A stretch of DNA of 64,000 nucleotides, taken from assembly GCF_001194135.2 (NCBI RefSeq), contig NC_068988.1, forward strand, positions 95,707,598 through 95,771,597, given 5' to 3'. The stretch's first letter is position 1; each line of letters begins with the position of its first letter. The notes beneath the pieces were generated by a model. The model was not told where the DNA came from and did no database searches. It was given only the letters and a program-made list of their open reading frames with translations. The translations under genes were made by a program, and so were the position numbers. This document shows positions 10,084 through 20,914 of this stretch, one piece after another. This DNA comes from Octopus bimaculoides (taxonomy: Eukaryota).

Positions 10084-12161
10084 GTAATTTTATACAACAT
10101 CTTTCATTTTTATTCTCCTGTTTTTTAAATGATTTCATTCTCTCTGAAGTTATTCATTGATGATTCACAGTGGCTTCCTGCTACAATGTCCAGTTTATTA
10201 TTATTTAAATAATGATAATAATAATCTCATTATGAGGAAACGTTATCAGATATATTTAAATTAGTCAGCCATGATTCGTCAAATTGTTGGAGCACCACCC
10301 CCCATGAAGTCTCCATTTCGATGTGGAGGAACTCTTGTGGGAAGTCTTTGTCTCTTGGAGCCATATTCTTCAGATGATTTGGACTTACTATTGCAAGATG
10401 ATAACACAACAGTTATAAAACAGCTTCTGCTGCTGCTTACATCAGGTGAGCTCTACACTCCATGGTACTAATACAGAAGTTTGTTGAGAGTTAAGTATAT
10501 TGGGTTGTGGTCATCTTGTCACAGAAATGATAAGGTACAAACTGACAACTCCTTTAAACAATAGTTGAACTCCCTTTTAACTTGGTTAAACGCCGCTTCC
10601 TACTTCATGAAGTTCTTAGCAGTTGTATTGCAGTCAAGCTTGGAATGCTCCTGTGACAGTGTGATCAGTGAAATTTGAGAGGACACCTCCAAAACATTTT
10701 CATTTTGTTATTTTTGGATGGAATGCAGCTATGGTTTTTTAGAGATATGAACCATTTATTGATGGAAAAATTGATCTAAGAATACAAAGGTACTGTTTTT
10801 CTGAGATTATTTATCACTTCGATCAATGTAGCTGGAAATATCTACTGTTGCTAATCTGCAATTGAGGGCTGTATCATTAAGAACATCCATTAAGGCAAAT
10901 GTCTGGATTGATTGACACATTTAATGATAGTTGGGAGGAAGCTGGCGTAACACATCGATTAAGATAGATAAGGGTGGAAGAAAAGGAAATGGCCGTTTAC
11001 AAAAAAATGCTGGTTCCATTTACAAATCACCTTCAGGACTGTTATGGGTCTCAATGTCATTGGATAATTAATATATGGTAATCTAATTGGTAAGATTAAG
11101 TTTTATATTGACACAAGTAGACAATATTTTCTACTATCATAACAACACTGGATCCTGTAGTTGTAACAAAAACTGAACGGAGTATTCTGGAAATTACCAT
11201 AAGATAACTATTTAATATTTGTTGAAACATGTTCCTTAAGAAATGGTTTGTGTTCGTTTTTGAAATAAAGAAATTTTAAGAGACTTGATTTGAAATAAAG
11301 AAGGTTTTAAGCACCATTGATATAAAAACAACCTGGTTTGAAAATAAAAAAAGAAGTTAAAAAGAAATATATTAAAAGAAAACACCTAGAATATGTTGAA
11401 TTACAATCTTTGGGATGGTGGAAGTTGTTGAGGGTAAAAAAAATGTCTTTGTTGAGATTGAAGTAAAATGTGACATGGACTGGGTGAATGAGTGATGAAT
11501 AGCAAGTGGTATTTTCAAATGAATATATTCTTTTCACTTGCTGGATATTTTACAAATGGCTTACCAATCTGGCATCTGATTCTATTTATCATTTATCCAC
11601 TATTTCTCCATTCCGTTACTTAACAAATTCCACACATGGGATATAAGGGAAAAGGCTCTTTCTATAAGAAGATCTTTCACTTTTTACTCCAGCAAGACGC
11701 ACACACACACACGCACACACATTATTTGATAATATATGTCATATATTATACAACATATATGTGTGTGAGCAAAGTATGTTATATGTATATATATATATTA
11801 ATATTTATATATTTATATATACACAAACGTGTGTGTGTGTGTGTGATCAGTGTTTTATCAACAATTGTTATGATGCTAGCATGTGCCATGGGTCAGACAG
11901 CACTTGTTGAGCCAATTTTTCTATAGCCTGATGCCTTTCCTGCCACAAAACCTCTCTTATTTCCAAATGAGGGATTATTTTTCGCCCCATGTTTTGAGCA
12001 GTGGCCAGACATGTTTCTGTGGCAGATGTAAAGAGAGATACCATCTGTGCAGTGACATTGCCAATACAGCATGCAGAGAGCTGGACATGTTTTCACGACA
12101 GAAGCTAACAAAAAAAAAATGCTATGGCTACACACAGTGCAAACAATGTCAAAATATTCGG

Positions 12162-12198
<37 letters not shown>

Positions 12199-13292
12199 CC
12201 TGTAGTTTCAGCCTACCAGTTCCACCTACAAAGCATTAGACAGCCTGAAGCTATAATATATTACTTGTGTGTCTGTGTGTGTGGCTGTATGCCCCAATTG
12301 TGAATGAAACTCTGAGTTACAAATTACTTTGATTCCATCTCATTGACTTCAAGAATATTTTTTGATAAGGAAATTTTAAAATAAAGAAAGCCATAAAGTT
12401 TTTTAAAAAACCAACAACAAAATACCCATTTCACAATTGTGATATATTGACTGATTTATTGATACATGTGTAGATAATTGGCAATAATCAATACAAGTCT
12501 AACTTTTCCTTTAGAATTTTATTGATTTGTTTTGGTTTTCTTCAAATAAAAATTTCCACCAATTGTGTTTTTCTTTTTTTTCTTTTTTGGTGTTTGGTGC
12601 AAAAAAAAGAACAAGTATAATAGTCTATGAGTGTGTGTGTGTGTTTACATCTTAAGGATTTAGTAACTTTCTTAAGAGTTATGAAATAATTGGGGTTTTT
12701 TTTGTTTTTTTGGTTATACAATGGAGCTGGAAGTAGATAAAGCTACAAATAATAGCTTGTAGATATTGGATAAATATTTCCATGCTATTATAGTTTTATC
12801 TATTTTGAGTTTCACTGCTTAAAAAAAGGAGAAAGAGAAAAAAATATATATCTAACATCTTGAATTTGCAGAGAGATTTTTTTTTTCTTTTATATTAATG
12901 TTCAGTTGGTGATTTTGATATTTTGAGTTAATATTCTGTTAATAAAATAATTAAACAATATCATTTTATCCTATTGTATTTAATTTATTGTAAGATATTT
13001 CAGCTTTTTGCTAAACATGTAAAGGTTTACTGCTATTAAAAATGGTTTTCTTATTTGCCATTGAAAACTACATCTTCTGATTTAGATATTCCAAATAAAA
13101 TGGTGATTTCTGTCCCTGGAAGCAAGGTTGTAGGTTGTTTCTTAGTCTTTGAGAGCTTTGGAAATTATTTTAGAGTCTTTTCAAAACTCTTTCTTTAGGA
13201 TCATCATTGTTGTTTAGATTTAAGAATTTTGCTTTCTAAGTTAAGGAATCTTACCTGCCTCCACCCTCACCCCCCACTGGCCTTAGTATATT

Positions 13293-13434
13293 CTTTTTTC
13301 TTTTTTTTCTTTTCTACTCTAGGCAAGAGCCCCAAAATTTTGGGGAAGGAGGTTTGTCGATTAGATCAACCCCAGTACGCAACTGGTACTTAATTTATCG
13401 GCCGATGAAAGGCAAAATCGACCTCGGCAGAATT
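13293..13434 (-). mobile_element. 5'-truncated SINE family B with A-rich tail and TSD
   Basis: Core gcctttcatc..cgataaattaagtaccagttg; flanked by GGCCTTAGTATATT at 13279-92 and 13435-48. Confidence 0.85.
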
Positions 13435-13464
13435 GGCCTTAGTATATTAAATGTATGTGTCTTT

Positions 13465-13648
13465 GTGCGTGTGTGTGTGTGTGTCCCCACTTGACAACTG
13501 GTGTGGGTTTGTTTACATCCCTATACCTTAATGGTTTGGCAAAAAGCGGCTGACAGAATAAGTACTAATCTTAAAAGTAAGTAGTGGGGTGTAACCTCTC
13601 AAGGCAGTTGTTGCCCCAGCATGGCCACAGTCCAATGACTGAAACAAG
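13465..13648 (+). mobile_element. SINE family A 3' half, decayed
   Basis: ttgacaactgg..gtttaca..ccccagcatggccacagtccaatgactgaaacaag. Confidence 0.7.
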
Positions 13649-14471
13649 CCACGGATAACAGCTGGACTTTTACACTCTTCTGCTGCTGCTTGTCACACAT
13701 CCAAACATGAATAATTATTTCTTAATTAGATTCAAAGCTTTTGACAAAACCTCAAATATGTCCAGAATAATAATATCTGCCGTAGGATTTTTATAGCAGA
13801 ATTTATCTTTCAAGTTTATCTGTTTTGGTTTCTTGGACACAGTAAAGTAAAACTGTTTGAAAGCTGGATCCTTGTAGCCTGTTGTCTCCTAAATATTCTT
13901 CATTTTAATTGCTTATGAAACCAAAATACATTCAAACAGAAAATATTCGACTCTATTATTTTCTATGATTTGCATTCAGTTCAGTTTAATTACATAAACC
14001 ATGTAATTAAAATGTATCAATCTTATTTAGTATGTTTTTATTATTATTATTATTTATGTAGCTAAATAGTTGTGTGTCCAGGAGCTGAGATATCTCTGGA
14101 ATTTGTATGTCTGTATCATTTGAAGATTGATTGTGGAACAGAATTGGTATCTTCCATAGAAATAGGTGTTGGCTTAGATTGTTGTTTGATTCAAGCTTGG
14201 CTTTGTAAGCTAGTTCTTGTTTTGAGAGATAAAAAGGGGAAATATAATTGTATTGGTTGATGAGATTATATATATGAAGAAAAAAAAATTATCTATGAAG
14301 AACATTTCAGCCCTCTGCTCACCTTTTCCCAAAATGAAATTCTTTCAAACGGCTTTTGAGTTAGATTACTTGAGTTTCATCTGTTTTATAATAATATTGG
14401 TTTGGGTATTAGAGATGACAGACTTTGATCAATATAGGTTATTTCCCTTCATCAGCACAGAATAATTGTTC

Positions 14472-14714
14472 AGGAAATCGCGATACACAGATATTGTTTT
14501 GAGCTGAGTGGTGGGTGCTAGATTCCCTTGTTTGAAAATATAAGGTCACAGACCGTGTCCTGTAGCCAGCTGGAGACGATGTCTCCTGAGGCTAAATTAC
14601 AGCAACATTCGTCCTAAACCATGACTGCCATGTTATGTTGGCAAANNNNNNNNNNACATTCGTCCTAAACCATGACTGCCATGTTATGTTGGCAAACAAT
14701 CTTTACTCCAAAGT
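14472..14714. mobile_element. Partial copy of the 6388 MITE (one TIR missing), opposite orientation
   Basis: Core is the reverse complement of 6450-6575 and ends ctttactccaaag|TA. Confidence 0.65.
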
Positions 14715-15785
14715 ACTGTTGCTGAATATCTCTTGTTGTGAGATTTAAAAATAGTAATTTTCTAATAATAACGATATTTACAAAAATATTTAGTGAGAAG
14801 AATTCTGTGTAAAAGAATTTGTTTACTTGGAAACTGGAATCCTTATTTGAAGCTTCATGTTGCAGTTCTTTGTTTGGTGAATGATTTAAGATATTTGGAA
14901 TACATTGAACAGCAGAGGACCTGGTGAAATATGTTGTACTCTAAGTAAATACCAACAACCATGTGTACTTTGAATAAGTTTCCCCTCAGTAAACCTTTAT
15001 TTTTCTTCTTCTGCAGCTTAATTAAAAAGCCAACATGTTTAATTGCTTTAATGCTAATTAAACACTTTTTTTTCTCCTGTTAACTTCAATATTTAGTCTT
15101 GTTATGTACTCATTGACATTTGTTTGGTTGTTTTAGTTATTGTTTTAGTTTTATGTATGTGTGTGTCTGTGTGTACTCAGACACACACATACATACAATT
15201 TTTGATTGAATCTTCAGTTCTTTAACGAGGACATTTTCATTAGATGTCAGTTCACCGCTGACAAAATTTGATTTTATTCAATAATGAAATATTCATGCTG
15301 TTGCATGTTTATAGAAATTTTGACAGTTGAATCAATATTTTTACATCCTTAGGCTTTTATTATTATTATTATTATTATCATCACTTGTTTGGATGTTGAT
15401 CTGGTATCATGTTTAAATTGCTCGCCTCGTAATTGTTTTGAAAACAATCTGTTTTGTTTAGCCGTAACTATTTGCAATGAAACTGAGCTGAGCTGCTTTG
15501 GTAACATGTCTAAGTATTTCTGTGAGTATTTTTTGATGAGATGCTGTTCAAGAATTATGTTTCAGAGTGAAAACCTTGTTACTTGATAAAACAATGCTGA
15601 TGCTGCCTTCACTGTGTGTGTGTGTGCGCCATCACCACGTCCTCATCGGGGCTGCCAGGAGGCGCAGTGCTCCTGCTATCTATTGCAGCCCATTTGCTGT
15701 GTTTTTTAATTCTACAGACGTCTTCCTACTGATGCTTCTTGAATGCTTACCATGACTAATTATGATTTTTATAATTGTATGTAAG

Positions 15786-15839
15786 CCCCAGCAAAGCAGC
15801 TTGCCAACTCCACTGCTTTGGCTTCTTTGTCAACCCTTG
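15786..15839 (+). CDS. PNISR: PNISR 54-nt exon (APAKQLANSTALASLSTL)
   Basis: Matches human APAKQLAQSSALASLTGL; AAG acceptor at 15783-85, G|GTAAGT donor; phase 1->1. Confidence 0.92.
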
Positions 15840-15874
15840 GTAAGTACCGTTCGTTCCTTTTTTTTCTGTCAACA

Positions 15875-15875
<1 letters not shown>

Positions 15876-15908
<33 letters not shown>
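15876..15908 (+). repeat. A33 homopolymer in a PNISR intron
   Basis: 33 consecutive A, starting 36 nt after the donor at 15840. Confidence 0.95.
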
Positions 15909-15910
<2 letters not shown>

Positions 15911-16395
15911 TCTCATGAGAAATATTATTGCAATATTTTATTAATATTTCTCATTTACTATTTCTCCCCTCATTAACTTTTGAAGGACTTTCTGCTGTCC
16001 TGAAGGCTCTTGTTATCCAAATCCTTCAACTTCTGACTTTCTGCTGCTACTAATAAGGAGTTCAGCAAACAAATATCAATGATTTCATTTCTAATTCATT
16101 TTCATATCTCTTCTTTGATATTATTTTGAAAGCCAGTGTTTGTTTTATTCTTGTTTGATTCCAATTTACAATAAACAGCATTAATACGGATCAGATTTTT
16201 TTAAATTCTGATTTTTAAAATAATTTGTTTTATTTGAAAATTAGAGTTGTACTGTGATTCTCTCTTAGAATTTGAGGTTTTTAAAAATTCAACTTTTTTT
16301 TTTTCTTTGTAAACCCTTCAGTTTAAATGGAATTTTTTGCTTGAATTATATACTAAACCTCATCTGCCATTTTGGAGGGAATGTAAAATGGAATA

Positions 16396-16513
16396 AACCT
16401 TGCCAGATGAGATTGGAGCCTGGTGCAGCCTTCTGGCTTGCCAGACCCCAGTCAAACTGTCCAACCCATGCCAGCATGGAAAGCGGACATTAAACGATAA
16501 TGATGATGATGAT
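16396..16513 (+). mobile_element. Short RTE tail
   Basis: ttgccagatgagattggagcctggtgc...ggaaagcggacattaaacgataatgatgat. Confidence 0.85.
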
Positions 16514-17472
16514 TACATGAAAATACTCTAAACTTGTATGTTATTGACACACGAGTTATAAGTTTTTCTTTTTTTTTTATATAAAACAACTGTAAGGACA
16601 TAGTCAATATATTTTGTTTGCTATATTGTCTGGATTTACTTGATGGACAGTTAAAATGGCATGAGATAATGTTTGCAAACCATTTAAATATTGCAGGCAA
16701 CATTTACCGGTTTGATGCCGAGTTGAAGATAATCTATACAGAAGTGGGTTATGCTTGATTATCAAACTAAAGATGACAAAAATAGTGAAGGGCTGCTAAT
16801 TAATGATCTTTAAGATCTATAAAAAAGGGCCACATTTTATCTTCAATACTGTTGGTGTTTATTTGATAGGAACTTAGAAGCTGGATGCCTACTTTCTTAA
16901 AAAAAAAAAATTGAAGGCAGCCAGTGGGTTAATTGGACCACAATGAAATTATTTCTTGTTTCACTTCTGTGCTTTCCCCACAGAATATCTTCCCTAAAGA
17001 ATTTCTATTTCTGACTGCTAGGTTTTTCTTTCAACCTGAAGAAGCAATTCATTAATTACATTACCATATTCTCAGCTATGTCCATCTCCGAGTGTAAAAG
17101 AGAGAGGATATTAGCATTGCTATTCGTTTTGTAATGAAAAGAAAAAGCCGTATTTATAAAATATCTCATTCTCAATGCGTAAAGTTGGCTTTGACATGAG
17201 ACAATGAGAGATGGTGCCTTTGTTGATTATGAAAGAATAGAGCTTTATTGGCAGATATGCTTCTTTTCCTGGTGGTATCAGATGGTTATTATTCCATTAA
17301 ACATTGATGATAACTACATATCTATAACCAGTGCAATGTTTTAGTATTGTTTACAATTAATATTTCCTTATCTTGCCTTTGTCCATTGTCTCTCCTTTCC
17401 TCTTAACTAAAACAATTATGTTGGTTGTTGACATTTTTTTTTTTTGGCTTTGAAATGTCAATTCCGTTACAG

Positions 17473-17478
17473 GAAATG
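17473..17478 (+). CDS. PNISR: Candidate 6-nt PNISR microexon (GAAATG, adds Gly-Asn)
   Basis: U-tract...ccgttacAG|GAAATG|GTAAGC; phase 1->1, frame-preserving between the 54-nt and 180-nt exons; no transcript evidence. Confidence 0.4.
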
Positions 17479-17630
17479 GTAAGCGATTGTTTTAAAAATC
17501 TTCTTTTGTTTTATTAATATATGAAACACTTTTTTTGTTGCAATAGGAGATGTGTTTAATTGGCAATTCTAATGACAAACTGAACCTCTTTCTTATCCCG
17601 ATAATTAATAGTTTCACACTTTTTGTTTAG

Positions 17631-17810
17631 GTGTTGGTTCAGACTCTGGCAGTGATGAGGAAACTCCTTATAAACCAAGCAAAATTACTGACAATGACAG
17701 CGATGAAGAATCTGACAATGCACTCCATGAACGAATACGACAAAGGCAGCTCTCTCGGCAACAACGCAGAAATTCTGATAACAGTAATTCTGACTCTGAT
17801 GGTGGCGCAG
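17631..17810 (+). CDS. PNISR: PNISR exon (GVGSDSGSDEE...ALHERIRQRQ...SDGGA)
   Basis: Matches human GYGSGDSEDE...ELRHRIRQKQ; ttttgtttAG and CAG|GTGAGG; 180 nt, phase 1->1. Confidence 0.9.
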
Positions 17811-17889
17811 GTGAGGAATTCTTACAACAGTTTCTTAGCTACCAATTCCTACATCATAACAACCAATTCATCCATTTTCTCCACTCGTT

Positions 17890-18110
17890 ATTCCTTAGTC
17901 AACCCCTCCAGTGGGTTTTATCAGAATCATCTGTCTTTAGACATTTCTGCTGGATTCCCAAGTGCAACCAATCAAGACTATGGATATTATCCAACCATCA
18001 CATTCTTGGTTTACCCCTGGGTCTCCTGCCAGCTGGCTCAGTTTGAAGAATCTATCTTGTGATTCTTTCCCACAACATTCTCATCACATATCCATAATTC
18101 TGAAATTGTG
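17890..18110 (-). mobile_element. Old RTE-like ORF2 C-terminal remnant
   Basis: Minus strand reads HVMRMLWERITR*ILQTEPAGRRPRGKPRM*WLDNI, resembling the GHxxR...GRRPRGRP..RW motif. Confidence 0.55.
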
Positions 18111-18355
18111 ACCCCTCAGTGTGGAGAGCAGCATGACCAGAGACATTCACTGACCTTCAGATCTATTCTTTTAAAGGCTTTGGTTAGAGGACTACAGTCA
18201 TGCTGGAGCACCCTGTCAAGTAATGTTACTTGCTACATCATACAACCAATAAATCCATTCATAGTGTTGAAAACTCTTAAAGCCCTATGATTTATTGATT
18301 TCTGCAACTCCAGAATCCTGAATGCCAGAATTAACTTTCTAATTTTCTATGATAT

Positions 18356-18388
<33 letters not shown>

Positions 18389-18390
<2 letters not shown>

Positions 18391-18611
18391 TGGTGGCATG
18401 TAAAAAGCACCATTTGAGCATGGCTGATGCCAGTGCTTTAAAAAGCATCCACTACCCTCTCGGAGTGGTTGGTGTTAGGAAGGGCATCCAACTGTAGAAA
18501 CCTTGCCAAATCAGATTGGAGTCTGGCGTGGCCTCCTGGCCTGCCAGATCTCAGTCAAACCATCCAACCCATGCCAGCATGGAAAGTGGATGTTAAATGA
18601 CGATGATGATG
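18389..18611 (+). mobile_element. RTE 3' tail
   Basis: Family end motif and gatgatgat tail. Confidence 0.85.
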
Positions 18612-19770
18612 AAGAATGTCAGAATAGATTTTTACAGAGAAAAAAATGGCTTAAGTGTTATGAAGTTGACTTTTATCTATGCTAGACGGTGTAATGCTTA
18701 CTTTTTCTGTATAAATTTATTAAAACCATTAAATGGTTAACTACTTTTTGAAGTCTGATGTTCATGCTGGTAAACACGGTCTGGTCCATATTTTACATTG
18801 CTTGGAGTTTCTCCCTATCGTAATGGAGCACCATTGACATACATAGTGATATGGACATTCCTGACTGAAAAAAAAAATGTAATGATATGGCTAATCTTGA
18901 TTGTATGTTTTTATTTTTGTCTGTTTATTACCAAGCATAGTTTTAAGTTTGTCACTGATTACGCCAATTTCGAACATTGGCTTCGTTTACATTAAAATGC
19001 CCCCCAGCAGCTCTGTTGCCACATTCAAATGCATATTGAGCATATTTAACTTTTCCTTTGCAGTAAACGATTCATAAGTTTTGCCCATACTGACAATAAT
19101 GGTAATGAGAAATTTTAAAGTTTGCTTGACATTTTATAAGTGTGAAAGGGATTAAAATTTCGATACTCCATATCAAAGGTTCCGACAAGAATAGGCAGAA
19201 AAGAATTCTGTTTACATAATCAGCTTGATCGGTCACCTTCCTCTGTCGGTTGAGTAAAGTGTCATCCAAGCTAATGTTTATTGGTAATTAAACTTAATTT
19301 GCAACACCTGTGCATATTTATCAGCTTTGTTTTTGTTAGTAATTCTTACCAACTTTTCCTGTGATTGTGATTTGAGAAGACATACAGAAGTATGCTAAAG
19401 ATCAGACATAGTCTCTTGTGAGCAAGAAACTTAAAATAAAGTTTATTATAAACAACACAAACACTTCGTAATTTAATAGCTTTCAATGTGATACCTGTTA
19501 AACAGAAATTATTTTTATGTAATGAAAATTTAATAAAATCTAATCATAAGTAAGTGAAATTATGCTAAATACAACTAAATTGAAAACCTTTTTCCGCTGG
19601 CTATATTTGCAATTCTGAAAACTTTTGGGTGCGAATTTTACATGAGTAGAAGCTTTTATCCTGAAAATCACCTGCATAAATTACACAGGTGCGCAAAATA
19701 CATTGGTTTTTACGGTATTTGATAAAACTCTAAACTAAGTTTCCCATCTCAAAAATCTTTTCTGTTTCAG

Positions 19771-20914
19771 AGCCAAGTCCTGTTTCATATCGGGAGAAGA
19801 TGGCCTCAACTAATATTGAAAGTGGTCTTGATAAATCCTCATATAACATCCCAAGCAGAAAAGACAAGAATTCTGGTCAAGATCTTAGATCTGATGACAA
19901 TGAAGACAAAAGTTTGGGTGACAAAATTAGTCTGTCGAAACCATCTGCTGACAGTGGGAAAGACAATCAGAAATTTATTAAGGAGACAAGAACTGTATCA
20001 AAAAAAGACTTGAAATCATGTAAGAAATCTGGTGTAAAATCTGTTAGCAGCAGCAGCGGCAGTAGCAGCAGTTCAAGTAGCAGTAGTAGTAGTAGCAGCT
20101 CTAGTAGTAGTGGTGGTGGTGGAGGTGATGATGATGAAGACGACGATGATGATGATGATGATGATGATGATGGCGGTGGAGAAGGTTATTCTGACTCTGA
20201 CAGTTCTAATAGTTCGACAGATTCCTCAAGCAGTGACGGAAGTTCTTCGTCTGGTTCTTCCAGCTCCGATGAAAAGAAGAAGAAATTGGCCAAAGTCTTT
20301 CACCATGAGAAGCTGCAGAGTTATTTAAAGAAGAAAGAACGTGATGGGAGGTCGAAGCAACACGACTACCCTGATGGGGGTAAAGTTAGCAAAGATGAGT
20401 CTAAGAGGCGTGGTGGAAGTGGGAGGAAGAGTAGTCTTGACGATGACAGGTACCGACGTAGTGGCTCTCGAGACAGTTACGACCGTCAACATAGTCGGGG
20501 GTCTGACCGTTACGCTACTAGTGAGAAATACAGCAGGGAAAGTTCTGAGAGTGGTAACCGACGACACCGAGGGGACAGATTTTCTGATGACAAATACTAC
20601 CAGAGTAGTCGTAGTGGTCATCGTAAACCTAGCAAGGAATATTATGAATGTGATTTGGTACCGACAAGAGAAGGCAGCTATAGTAGTGTAGGAAGTTCTA
20701 CCTCAAAAAGTCGACAGTCGTCTAAGCGGAGGAGATGTCGGTCATCCTCTGAGAGCGATCACGGTAGCAGCCAAAGACATAATGCTAAATCTAGCTATGA
20801 CCGGTGGTATGAACAGCGTTCAGAGCGCTACAAGTATTCTTCAAGAGATAGACGTGATTATGACAGAAGCGGTAAGAGATCAAGTGGCAAATACAAGTCT
20901 AGATCCAGATCAAG
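19771..20914 (+). CDS. PNISR: PNISR large low-complexity Ser/Asp/Arg-rich exon ending KYKSRSRS
   Basis: ttttctgtttcAG acceptor in frame with the 19800 ORF; poly-S tract and RS-like tail as in PNISR (human ends KHKSKSRSR); donor AG|GTGGGG at 20915. Confidence 0.88.

Noticed and set aside
14606-14696. Tandem duplication across a 10-N gap
   Set aside because: Identical sequence on both sides of a tiny gap is typical of an unmerged contig overlap
17631-18062. 143-aa ORF MLVQTLAV..
   Set aside because: Wrong frame over the real PNISR exon, running into intron and an antisense RTE remnant
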